Source: a virus
Reading direction: 5' to 3' (one strand)
DNA length: 64,000 nt
Virus record (IMG/VR): IMGVR_UViG_3300034082_001517
Span: 4,526 to 68,525 of that record
Part shown: positions 49,015 through 57,722 of the stretch, in pieces
Position numbering within the stretch: the stretch's first letter is position 1
How the letters are laid out: each line of letters begins with the position of its first letter
Made by a program: the position numbers and the translations under genes
The notes under the pieces: generated by a model
What the model saw: the letters and a program-made list of their open reading frames with translations, nothing else
What the model was told of the DNA's origin: nothing
Database searches by the model: none

Positions 49015-49480
49015 TGTAGTCGTTGCGCCTATGGATGCATGGGTGGTTCGTTATGTTAATAAGCTAAAGAACATGATGGGGCTTTCTCATTGGACAATTC
49101 TTATGCAGACTAAACCATCTAGCCCCGATGCTCTTGGTGAAACAGAAGTTGTTCACGGTCAGCACCTAGCAAAGATGTATCTTCACAAAGATTTTAGGAA
49201 AGATACCGCAACAGACTTTCGTGCAACAGTTGTTCATGAGTTGCTGCATTGCCACATGGCTCACTTATCAGAAGTTGTTTCAGAAATTTTACAAGTAGAA
49301 GATGACGATCTAAAAGGTAAAGCAATTTTGAAAACAACAGTTAATGTTTTGGATTATGAAATTGAGCGGATCATTGATGCTATTTCAGAATCTTTGGGTA
49401 AGTGGATGCCTCTACCAGATATGCCGAAAGAAAGAGTTGTAAAGAAAGTTGCTAAAAAGAAAGTAGTAAAAAAGAAATGA
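49001..49480 (+). CDS. Zincin-like (HExxH) metallopeptidase-fold protein
   Basis: VVHELLHCH; start taken at MTKPSV. Confidence 0.7.
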   Translation: MTKPSVVVAPMDAWVVRYVNKLKNMMGLSHWTILMQTKPSSPDALGETEVVHGQHLAKMYLHKDFRKDTATDFRATVVHELLHCHMAHLSEVVSEILQVEDDDLKGKAILKTTVNVLDYEIERIIDAISESLGKWMPLPDMPKERVVKKVAKKKVVKKK

Positions 49481-49482
49481 AC

Positions 49483-49564
49483 GCTCTTATGGTGAAATCG
49501 GCAAACACGGAGGGCTTAAAACCCTTGACCGAAAGGTTTCTGGGTTCAAGTCCCAGTGAGAGCA
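49483..49564 (+). tRNA. trnL: tRNA-Leu (anticodon TAA)
   Basis: GCTCTTA/TGAGAGC acceptor, GAGGG-CTTAAAA-CCCTT anticodon arm, long variable arm, GGTTCAAGTCC T-arm; no encoded CCA. Confidence 0.9.
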
Positions 49565-49578
49565 CAAAGGTATAAGCA

Positions 49579-50178
49579 ATGCAAGTTCCAGATAACATGG
49601 TTAAACATGTAGAGAAAATATTTGAAGGTGAATATGATATTGCATATCAAAATTCAAATCCAATAATTTTAGACATTGGCGGGAATATTGGTGGTTTTTC
49701 TTTATGGGCTAATAAGCGTTGGACTAATTCAAAAATATATGCATATGAACCAATTAAAAATAATTTTAATCTATTAAAAGAAAATACAAAAGACATGGAC
49801 AATATTGTAATATCAAATGTTGCAATAGGATCAAAAGAAGAAACTAGAAGAATGTACTACGGAGCCCACAATATTGGTGAATGCAGTTTTGAGCATGGGC
49901 TTGAACAAATTGAAGATGGCGAAGATGTTTCTGTAATGCCAGCAAGTTTACTTCCAAAAGCAGACATTGTAAAAATTGATACAGAAGGCGCTGAAATTGA
50001 AATTTTAGAAAATATGATCATCAAACCCGATTTGTATTTAATTGAATTTCACTCAGCCTATAATAGACGCAGAATAGATAATATCTTGCACGACTATACT
50101 TTGCTATCCGCAGACATCAAGAACCCTAATTATGGTATTGTTAAGTATGCATTGTCTAGCAGTGTAAGGTATGCATAA
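49579..50178 (+). CDS. FkbM family SAM-dependent methyltransferase
   Basis: ILDIGGNIG, AYEP, VKIDTEGAE. Confidence 0.88.
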   Translation: MQVPDNMVKHVEKIFEGEYDIAYQNSNPIILDIGGNIGGFSLWANKRWTNSKIYAYEPIKNNFNLLKENTKDMDNIVISNVAIGSKEETRRMYYGAHNIGECSFEHGLEQIEDGEDVSVMPASLLPKADIVKIDTEGAEIEILENMIIKPDLYLIEFHSAYNRRRIDNILHDYTLLSADIKNPNYGIVKYALSSSVRYA

Positions 50179-50180
50179 AC

Positions 50181-50252
50181 GCCCCTTTAGCTCAGTGGTA
50201 GAGCACCTCACTTGTAATGAGGTGGTCCTCGGTTCAATCCCGAGAGGGGGCT
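50181..50252 (+). tRNA. trnT: tRNA-Thr (anticodon TGT)
   Basis: GCCCCTT/GGGGGC acceptor, TAGCTCAGTGGTAGAGC D-arm, CCTCA-CTTGTAA-TGAGG, GGTTCAATCC. Confidence 0.93.
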
Positions 50253-50265
50253 CTTAGGAGGTATA

Positions 50266-50346
50266 ATGTCAAAACAAGATAAAATTACGCATGCAGTGTA
50301 TTTCACACTTCACGCAATTACAATTGCTATACTGTTAATTAAGTAA
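50266..50346 (+). CDS. 26-aa hydrophobic micropeptide between tRNAs
   Basis: AGGAGG RBS; MSKQDKITHAVYFTLHAITIAILLIK. Confidence 0.5.
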   Translation: MSKQDKITHAVYFTLHAITIAILLIK

Positions 50347-50351
50347 TACTC

Positions 50352-50427
50352 TGGCGAGTAGCTCAGTTGGCAGAGCAACGGACTGTTAATCCGTGGGTCG
50401 TAGGTTCAAACCCTACCTCGCCAGCCA
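50352..50427 (+). tRNA. trnN: tRNA-Asn (anticodon GTT)
   Basis: TGGCGAG/CTCGCCA acceptor, ACGGA-CTGTTAA-TCCGT, GGTTCAAACC, encoded CCA. Confidence 0.93.
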
Positions 50428-50993
50428 TGAAAATTATAGATAACTTTATTTCTGTAGAACAGCAAGATGAGTTGTTGGACTATGTTGGCTCCAATCAATT
50501 TGTTTGGCGTTTACATCCAACGAATATCAACTCTGGTGGTAAGCCGTGGGCTCATGCACCTGTTCAACTTACCCATCATTTATTTATGCATGATGAGAAA
50601 GCCGCTTCCCCACATTTAAAAATCATTCGTCCATTGTTTGATGCAATTGTTCGGGAGTGTGGAGATATTACATTATTTCGGGCTAAGGCTAATTTAACAT
50701 CCCCATGCCCACCGTACAGTTCATACGAGCCCCACACTCCACATGTTGATCTAGGGTATGACGATGGAACAAAGATTGATCATATGGTTTGCGTATATTA
50801 CATTAATGAATCTGATGGTCCAACAATATTTTTTGATAAAGATTGGAATGAAGAAGACATTGTGTATCCTAAAAAGGGTAGGGCTATTATATTTGATGGG
50901 AACACCCTTCATGCGGGTTCCAGTCCTGTACAATATCCATTTAGAATGGTAATGAACATAGACTTTAGACAAGGAGTGGGGCAAATCCCATAA
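50427..50993 (+). CDS. 2OG-Fe(II) oxygenase-like protein
   Basis: MKIIDNF start; PHVD...YYINESDGPT...PKKGR..FDG..LHAG...R; track start (50367) lies inside the tRNA. Confidence 0.82.
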   Translation: MKIIDNFISVEQQDELLDYVGSNQFVWRLHPTNINSGGKPWAHAPVQLTHHLFMHDEKAASPHLKIIRPLFDAIVRECGDITLFRAKANLTSPCPPYSSYEPHTPHVDLGYDDGTKIDHMVCVYYINESDGPTIFFDKDWNEEDIVYPKKGRAIIFDGNTLHAGSSPVQYPFRMVMNIDFRQGVGQIP

Positions 50994-51000
50994 AAACAAT

Positions 51001-51660
51001 ATGCCAGAGTTAAATGCTTCTATTCCCCCAATTGAATGTTATGTCCGTGGTAACTTTTTGCGTAATCAATTAGATAGCCATGACTTGAAGTTTCCTTGTG
51101 TTATTTTTGGAGTTGCTTCCATTCCCGACAGAGCGCCCGTATTTCATTTTCTAATGGAAGATGGCGGTGTTTGGTGGAGAGCCCCTATAAATGCTTTCTG
51201 CGCCTCTCTAGACAGTCCTGAAGTGGATCTACATGACCTTGTGATGTGGAATAGCTTTTCATCGCATATCACCGTTACCACCTTCCAACATATGAAGGGT
51301 ATGGCAATGACTTATATTGATCGTCATGCCAATAAGGTAAATGGCAAGTATCTATTCACTTTGGATTGGCATTCTCCCGACATTAACACTTTGGATGCAG
51401 GTTATTCGGTTAACCCAGGTCAGCACAAGTGCGGGCATGTGATTCAAAGGGCTGATGGTAACTTTGCTATCCAGCCAAACAATCGGGTGAGATTATGGGA
51501 TCCTTCATATACAACCAAGAAAGATAAACCTCTTATTGAAAGGTTGATTAATCAAAAGATTTGGGATGTTGAAGATGGGGAGAAATGGCTTACATCGGAT
51601 GATGACCGATATGATTATGATGTAGTGGCGCAAAAAGATACTAACAAGGATTTGAGGTAG
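51001..51660 (+). CDS. Conserved phage hypothetical protein
   Basis: PELNASIP...YLFTLDW...HKCGH...GNFAIQPNNR motif family. Confidence 0.75.
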   Translation: MPELNASIPPIECYVRGNFLRNQLDSHDLKFPCVIFGVASIPDRAPVFHFLMEDGGVWWRAPINAFCASLDSPEVDLHDLVMWNSFSSHITVTTFQHMKGMAMTYIDRHANKVNGKYLFTLDWHSPDINTLDAGYSVNPGQHKCGHVIQRADGNFAIQPNNRVRLWDPSYTTKKDKPLIERLINQKIWDVEDGEKWLTSDDDRYDYDVVAQKDTNKDLR

Positions 51661-51665
51661 TTTCC

Positions 51666-51794
51666 GTGATGTGGGTGTGGTGGATGACCGAGTTGGTTTT
51701 TATTTACTTTATGGAAGTTTCCCGTTATCTTGCCATTGGCGCTGTTTTGTTTGTCGTGGCGGAAATCGTACTAAGACGGAACGCTAAGTCTTAA
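51666..51794 (+). CDS. Possible small membrane protein (42 aa)
   Basis: GAGGT then GTG; hydrophobic; fills gap. Confidence 0.35.
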   Translation: MMWVWWMTELVFIYFMEVSRYLAIGAVLFVVAEIVLRRNAKS

Positions 51795-52196
51795 TTACTT
51801 CTTGTTGCGCTTGGCAAGGAGGGCATCAAAGTCTTTGATTTTGGTTTCGCCCATGTATCCCCATGCGTAGCCTTCTTCAATGAGTTGTTCGTTCAAGGAT
51901 TTGGCGGCTCCATCCAAATATACCCAGCCCAAGATACGCCCGTACTTTTCGGTGCTATCGGGGAGCTCTGTTTTTATAACAACTGTTTTGGCGGAATCTA
52001 TCGCCTTTTTGATTTTATCTTTCACTTCAAGCCCCAGAGCCTTCTCTCGCAGGTCTTTGGTGCGTGACTCGGGAGTATCTATTCCAGCCAGTCGGACTCG
52101 TTGTGCGTAAGAGATGTTAAAGCCTAAATCAATATCAACATCAATTGTGTCACCATCTACTACCTTGGTTACTTTCTTAATGTTATACTCGTACAT
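51795..52196 (-). CDS. Thermonuclease (SNase-like) family protein
   Basis: VVDGDT, VRLAGIDTPE, EKYGRILG, LIEEGYA. Confidence 0.92.
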   Translation of the reverse strand: MYEYNIKKVTKVVDGDTIDVDIDLGFNISYAQRVRLAGIDTPESRTKDLREKALGLEVKDKIKKAIDSAKTVVIKTELPDSTEKYGRILGWVYLDGAAKSLNEQLIEEGYAWGYMGETKIKDFDALLAKRNKK

Positions 52197-52250
52197 CTTT
52201 ATATTATATCACAGGTGGCGAAAAATGATTGTAGTAACAAGTTTGTGGCA

Positions 52251-52496
52251 TTAAGGTTCAATGAAGATGCATTCGCCAGGACATTCCTCGGCGGCTTCAA
52301 TCACATCTTCCAACCGATCATCGGCAAAAGATGCTAAACCAGCTGCGCCTTCGGGGTTTCCCACAGAGGAGGCAAAAATTTTGTCTCCTTCTCGTACATA
52401 TGCTAAACCATCGGGCATCATCGTAAACACATCGGGAGCTATCTCTGCGCACAATCCATCTCCAGTGCATAAGTCTTGATCAATCCAAACTCTCAT
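52251..52496 (-). CDS. Ferredoxin (actinobacterial single-cluster type)
   Basis: CTGDGLCAEIAPDVF...EECPGECI (CxxDxxC...CP). Confidence 0.92.
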   Translation of the reverse strand: MRVWIDQDLCTGDGLCAEIAPDVFTMMPDGLAYVREGDKIFASSVGNPEGAAGLASFADDRLEDVIEAAEECPGECIFIEP

Positions 52497-52532
52497 ATAG
52501 GAAGTATACCATTTTTACGCTATACTGTATAA

Positions 52533-52721
52533 ATGCCACAGTACAACTATCGCTGCCCTAATGGGCATACCTACGAAGAAGTAAGATCTATTCTGGAAGA
52601 TCAGAAAACAAAAGATTGTCCCGAATGCGGAGCTGTGCTCAAACAATCGTATTCCCCGCCTGGAATTCAATTCAACGGGCATGGCTTCTACCGCAACACC
52701 CGAAGCAATTCTAAGAAATAA
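52533..52721 (+). CDS. FmdB-like zinc ribbon protein
   Basis: MPQYNYRCPNGH...CPECG...IQFNGHGFY. Confidence 0.85.
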   Translation: MPQYNYRCPNGHTYEEVRSILEDQKTKDCPECGAVLKQSYSPPGIQFNGHGFYRNTRSNSKK

Positions 52722-52799
52722 TAATACACCCATACATTATTATTATGAGACAAATAATTCTCTCTCTATACTAGGAGAGGCAGCGAAAGCTAACCTTAG

Positions 52800-52868
52800 G
52801 ACCGTTATAGGTGCAGATGCCTCTGGACTAATCACCCAGGGGCATGTGCATGTTTAGCGGTCTTTTTT
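52800..52868 (+). terminator. Long hairpin + U-tract (terminator or 3' end of a small RNA)
   Basis: gaccgtta..tgca.atgcctctgg / ccaggggcat.tgca..tagcggtc then tttttt. Confidence 0.65.
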
Positions 52869-53151
52869 ATTCCCCCAAACTTTCTATCTAGTACATTACC
52901 CGCACCGAACCATCCCATCCCAAATTTTAGTACATATTTTATGAGTGTTACTTTACTTTTTTTTGCCATATGAGAATCCTGTGTCGTGTAGGGTCAATAC
53001 ATGACGGTGGTTCAACGATGCGCTTAGCTCAAGTTGAACAACCGATTGTTGGGGTTGGTGATGTATTTATATTGAATACACATTTGCGCTCATCCTGTAA
53101 GGTTATGGATGTCGGCAAGGTGCCCAGCCACAGCGACAGAAAGGGACTGCC

Positions 53152-53400
53152 GTGTCAACGACAGCCTGCAAGTCATTCGCAATCACGGTTGCGAGAGCGT
53201 TAGAGAGTGCCAAGTCCTACGAGACTGGTGAGACAGACAATCTTTACACAAACTTCCGTGTGAGCGAGAACTTTGACATCCTTTCAATCCGTTCCCTTGC
53301 CAATGAGGCACAGGGCTTGTTGGATGAACTGAGCAACCTTGTTGAAGGTTGCAAGGCTCAAGCCTGCACGATTGAACAGATGGCAAAGGACTTGATGTAA
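53152..53400 (+). CDS. Cassette 1 ORF a, hypothetical
   Basis: GTG after GAAAGGGA, 82 aa. Confidence 0.7.
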   Translation: MSTTACKSFAITVARALESAKSYETGETDNLYTNFRVSENFDILSIRSLANEAQGLLDELSNLVEGCKAQACTIEQMAKDLM

Positions 53401-53446
53401 GACCCGTCAGGGCTTTATTCCTACAACACATGAAAGGGGGTGAATA

Positions 53447-53536
53447 ATGGATATCAACATTGACCCGCTTACGGCAATGATGGTCATGGTGATCTGGGGC
53501 GCAGTCACCATGATCAGGGAGTACCTACGCAAGTAA
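53447..53536 (+). CDS. Cassette 1 ORF b, 29-aa membrane peptide
   Basis: AAAGGGGG RBS; MDINIDPLTAMMVMVIWGAVTMIREYLRK. Confidence 0.55.
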   Translation: MDINIDPLTAMMVMVIWGAVTMIREYLRK

Positions 53537-53795
53537 GCAGAGAGGGGAGGGGCTTCGGCTCCTCCCCTTTTTTTATGCCCGAACACCAAAGACCCAGGGC
53601 AGGCAGGACACAGTTGTTGAGTATGCGCTCACTACACGCTCACAATGTTTGGTGGGCGACAGTGCGCCTAGCTCAAGTTGCACTCCAATCATCAGGGTAT
53701 GCGGTCATATTCATATTGAATACACATTCCTTCTCATTATGTAAGGTAATGGATGTCGGTAAGAGTGCCAAGTCACAACGACAAGGAGCAAGGTA

Positions 53796-54089
53796 ATGGA
53801 TGAATACGGATTAGTCCTAATGCTTATGGCATTTGGAATACTGTGTTGTCTGTCGGGGTATGCGTTTGGATACGCCGAGCGAGACAATGCGATTGAATCA
53901 GCCCGTGATCGTGCTTACGATGAATGGCTTGAGACCAAGTACACTCCCTATGAGATTGCTACAGGTGCCGCAGATGATGAGGCATATACAGACTGGAGCG
54001 GTTGGACTGGTCTTGGTTACAAGCGTTCTCGTGAGGAACTGGATCAAATGTGGAAAGACCTTGAGACCTCAACGGAAAGGGGTAAATAA
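53796..54089 (+). CDS. Cassette 2 ORF, N-terminally anchored membrane protein
   Basis: AGGAG RBS, TM segment at N-terminus. Confidence 0.75.
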   Translation: MDEYGLVLMLMAFGILCCLSGYAFGYAERDNAIESARDRAYDEWLETKYTPYEIATGAADDEAYTDWSGWTGLGYKRSREELDQMWKDLETSTERGK

Positions 54090-54376
54090 CGAATAACTAA
54101 ACCCAACCAGCGAGCGTGTGGTGTGTCCCCTCCGACACATCACACGCTCACTTTTTTTTGCCCCGAACACCATGCACACAGCACAGGTAGGTCTCAGAGT
54201 TTAACATACACTCAGCCTACACATGCTGTGCTTGGTGGACTACGGTGCGCTTAGCTCAAGTTGTACTCCAATGATAAGGTGATGCGGGTAGATTTACATT
54301 GAATACATATTCTTACTTACTCTGTAAGGTAGTAGATGTCGGAACAAACCTAACCCCGATAGAGAGGATAACCATT

Positions 54377-54643
54377 ATGGAATTTTCCCTAATACTTGGT
54401 TCCTTCTACGCTTACACTAATGGTCATATGTATGAGATTTACTCTACATACGCTGATGACGGTGTGTGCGTGTATGTAGCGTGGTGCTATACAACAACCT
54501 CAGACCGTGTGGTTGAGGGTACAGTAGAGCGTTACGAGACAGACAGCCTGCGTTCAGCGAAAGCGTGGTGCAGGAAGTACGACAGGAAGCGCCAGGCTCA
54601 CTTGCTGGAGAAACAGCAGGACAGGTATCGTATCTACAACTGA
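54377..54643 (+). CDS. Cassette 3 ORF, hypothetical (88 aa)
   Basis: ATG after GAGAGGA; SLRSAKAWC motif. Confidence 0.7.
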   Translation: MEFSLILGSFYAYTNGHMYEIYSTYADDGVCVYVAWCYTTTSDRVVEGTVERYETDSLRSAKAWCRKYDRKRQAHLLEKQQDRYRIYN

Positions 54644-54906
54644 TACGAACAATCAAACCCTCACCTTCGGGTGGGGGTTTTTTTGTTGCCCGAACACCCA
54701 ACACACAGCACACATAGGTCTCAGAGTTTTAATATGCACTCAACGCACACATGCTGTGGGGTGGTGGGCAACGGTGCGCCTAGCTCAAGTTGCACTCCAG
54801 CGATCAGGGGATGCACACGATTTCATATTGAATACATATTCTCTCACACTCTGTAAGGTATTGAGTGTCGGTAAGAGTGCCAAGTCACAACGACAAGGGG
54901 AATACA

Positions 54907-55203
54907 ATGAAACAGCAAAGCAAGGCGCAAGCACGGGCTAAGCAAAGCCGTGAGCAGGTACAAGCCAACAAGCGTATCAAGGCTGTCAATGCCGATATGC
55001 GCAATGGCGATACCGTAATGACACTGGGCGAGCAATTGGCAATGCTCACCGATAAGTACGAGCAGGCATTGAGCAAGAACGGAAGCAATCACCCATCAAC
55101 ACAAGGGCTCTTGTTCCTTGTTCGTTCCTACTCAAGCACTATCCAGAACCAGACAACGGATAAAGCCAAAGCCGAAGCCAAAGCAAACACAATCGCTCAA
55201 TAG
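54907..55203 (+). CDS. Cassette 4 ORF, basic helical protein (98 aa)
   Basis: ATG after AAGGGG. Confidence 0.7.
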   Translation: MKQQSKAQARAKQSREQVQANKRIKAVNADMRNGDTVMTLGEQLAMLTDKYEQALSKNGSNHPSTQGLLFLVRSYSSTIQNQTTDKAKAEAKANTIAQ

Positions 55204-55480
55204 CGACTATCCACCCCCAATAATACAAATCAACCCCTTGCCTTCGGGCAGGGGGTTTTTTTGTGCCCCGAACACCACCATCTCAGGACGCATAGATCTC
55301 AGGGTTTAATATGCACTCAACGCACACAAGATACGGTGGTGGGCAACGGTGCGCATAGCTCAAGTTGCACTCCAGCGATAAGGATATGATGATGCTTTTA
55401 TATTGAATACATATTCTCACTCACTTGGTAAGGTGTTATCTGTCGGCAAGGTGCCAAGTCACAGCGATAAGGGGTAAGCA

Positions 55481-55714
55481 ATGAGAACAGTAATTAGCAT
55501 TCCCACCGAGCAATGCCCACTCTGTAGCAAGATGGGTGAGATCACTATGGATCTCGGAGTGTGGGAGATCGGCGTAGTCAAGCGTGCGCAAGGGGAATAT
55601 ATCCAAGATGCATTCCCCGCACTCTCGGCAGGGGAGCGTGAACAACTTATGACAGGCATTCATTCAGAGTGCTGGGATAAGGAATTTGCAGGCACCGAAG
55701 AGGAAGGCGAATAA
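55481..55714 (+). CDS. Cassette 5 ORF a, zinc-binding actinophage-type protein
   Basis: CPLC...IQDAFP.LS..EREQLMTGIHSECWD. Confidence 0.75.
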   Translation: MRTVISIPTEQCPLCSKMGEITMDLGVWEIGVVKRAQGEYIQDAFPALSAGEREQLMTGIHSECWDKEFAGTEEEGE

Positions 55715-55959
55715 TGTCGCTTAGCCAAGAGGTGCTGTACGAGATCCTGCACGCCGTAGCCTCGCTACGCATTCCTAAAGTAGACGGGGTAATCCTTGAC
55801 GCTCTCAAGGTGCCTGATGAGATACTGAAGGAAGGCGGTGTAAGGTGCAGGTATTACAAGCGCATGGTGGAGCGTGATATACATAATCACCCCGCCATCA
55901 AGCCAGTATCTGTCCATTGGACAGCGCACGGTGATTGCTTTCTACGGAAAGCAGTTTGA
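55714..55959 (+). CDS. Cassette 5 ORF b, hypothetical
   Basis: TAATG coupling, 81 aa. Confidence 0.7.
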   Translation: MSLSQEVLYEILHAVASLRIPKVDGVILDALKVPDEILKEGGVRCRYYKRMVERDIHNHPAIKPVSVHWTAHGDCFLRKAV

Positions 55960-56219
55960 AAAATTCCCTCCCGAGCCGAAAGGCTTGGGGGGGTTTTTTT
56001 TGCCCGTACTCCGACCAGACAGCACGCAACAGTAAACCATATTGAATACATGCTCACTACACATGCTATGAGGGTGGTGGGCAACGGTGCGCATAGCTCA
56101 AGTTGCACTCCAGCAATAAGGATAATATGATATAAACATATTGAATACATATTCTCGCTCATATTGTAAGGTATTGAGTGTCGGTACAGCGCCAAGTCGC
56201 AACGACAAGGGAGAAGCAA

Positions 56220-56486
56220 ATGCGTAAAGTAAAGGCAGGTTCAGTCAATGTAATCAAGCGTGGTCGTGCTAAGCGTCACGATCAGTATCTAATTGACTGT
56301 GTGAACGCTGTAACCAATGCGACAGATGTAATGGTCACAGAGTGTCGTATCCCTAATACCGTTGTAGATAAAGGGCGTATTCGTGCCCGTATCGCAAGGG
56401 CGCAAGGGTCAACCAAACTAAGTATCCAATTCCACTTGGATAAAGGCAAACTTATCCCCGTGCTAAGCAAGAAGCGCACTAAGTAA
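56220..56486 (+). CDS. Cassette 6 ORF, divergent KRGR-family protein (88 aa)
   Basis: MRKVKAGSVNVIKRGR...; ATG after AAGGGAG. Confidence 0.75.
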   Translation: MRKVKAGSVNVIKRGRAKRHDQYLIDCVNAVTNATDVMVTECRIPNTVVDKGRIRARIARAQGSTKLSIQFHLDKGKLIPVLSKKRTK

Positions 56487-56790
56487 CCAAGTCGCTTCCC
56501 CAAGCAGTCCCCTCAAGCCGAAAGGCTTGGGGGGATTTTTTTTTGCCCGAACACCGACCACACAGCACACAGCGATGCCCAATGTTGAATACACGCTCAC
56601 CATACATGCTATGAGGGTGGTGGGCAACGGTGCGCCTAGCTCAAGTTGCACTCCAGCAGTAAGGGGATGATGACATATTTATATTGAATACATATTCTCT
56701 TTACATATGTAATGTAATGAGTGTTGGTGAGCGCCTAATTGCTCACATTCCGTGAGCGATGGCTAAAAACTCATCGCAAGGGAAAAGCCA

Positions 56791-57099
56791 ATGAGTAAGA
56801 AAATAAATCTAAGCCAAGTCACAAACTTGGTCAAGCGTGGCAGACAAGCCATTATTGACCTCGCTCTAGTTGCCGATATCCAGGCGCTAGACCCAGCGAT
56901 TGAGGGTGACGCATTCATCTACGAGGACGCACAAGGCGACACCAGCGATGAGGATTTTCCAAATTGGAAAAACACTTGGCGAGGTCGTGTCGCAAAAGCA
57001 GGCGAGGCTTGCGACCGTGAATGCTCCATTCTGTGGACTACAGAGGGAGAGATGGTGGTATCACTCAAGCCTGTCAAGGGCAAGCGCAAGCGCAAGTAG
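56791..57099 (+). CDS. Cassette 7 ORF, KRGR-family paralog 1
   Basis: NLVKRGRQA...KNTWRGRVAKA...SLKPVKGKRKRK. Confidence 0.85.
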   Translation: MSKKINLSQVTNLVKRGRQAIIDLALVADIQALDPAIEGDAFIYEDAQGDTSDEDFPNWKNTWRGRVAKAGEACDRECSILWTTEGEMVVSLKPVKGKRKRK

Positions 57100-57419
57100 T
57101 GAGACCATAGTGAGGTAAAGAGTTACCTTGCCAAACTAACCCCATAAGCCTTATGGCTTGTGGGGTTTTTTTGGGTGGTGTTCTCGCTGGCTAGTCGCCC
57201 AGAGAACACCACCTTGCAGAGAGTCCCTATGCTCACAAATTTAATACACATTTCCTATCCCGACACATGGCGGTTGGGCAACGGTGCGATTAGCTCAAGT
57301 TGCACTACCGCCGTAAGGGAAGTATAGGGACTTTATATTGAATACAAATTCTGATGACATAGGTATAGTTATTGATGTCGGTATAAACGCCAAGTCGTAT
57401 CCGATAAAGGATAACTACA

Positions 57420-57722
57420 ATGAAAGTCAATCTAAACGAATTGACCAATTTGGTCAAGCGTGGCAGGCAGGCAATCCTTGATATGAATCTTGTTGCAGAG
57501 ATTCAGACCATTGATCCAGCAATCATTGGTGATGCAATCATCTATGATCTTGCACAAGGTGATCCAAGTGATGAAGACTTTGCCAATCACAAGAACACTT
57601 GGCGTGGGCGTGTTGCCCGCAGTGCCGAGTATCTCGGCGTTGATTGCTCGGTCAATTGGACAACCGAAGGCGAGATGATCGTCTCGCTCAAGCCCGTCAA
57701 GGCTAAGCGCAACCGCAAGTAG
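57420..57722 (+). CDS. Cassette 8 ORF, KRGR-family paralog 2
   Basis: Clearly homologous to 56791-57099. Confidence 0.85.
   Translation: MKVNLNELTNLVKRGRQAILDMNLVAEIQTIDPAIIGDAIIYDLAQGDPSDEDFANHKNTWRGRVARSAEYLGVDCSVNWTTEGEMIVSLKPVKAKRNRK

Noticed and set aside
50367-50426. N-terminal extension of the 208-aa ORF
   Set aside because: It is the tRNA-Asn sequence; real start is most likely ATG at 50427.
53010-53040. Integron attC sites (GTTCAAC...GTTGAAC matches RYYYAAC/GTTRRRY in units 1 and 9)
   Set aside because: Only 16 nt between the cores (attC sites are at least approx. 57 bp with L boxes), other copies break the consensus, cassettes have own promoters, and no integrase is in the window. 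Kept only as an analogy.
54773-54792. tRNA fragments (gcgcctagctcaagttg resembles a tRNA 5' end/D-arm)
   Set aside because: No anticodon arm, T-arm or acceptor partner follows; cannot fold as a cloverleaf.
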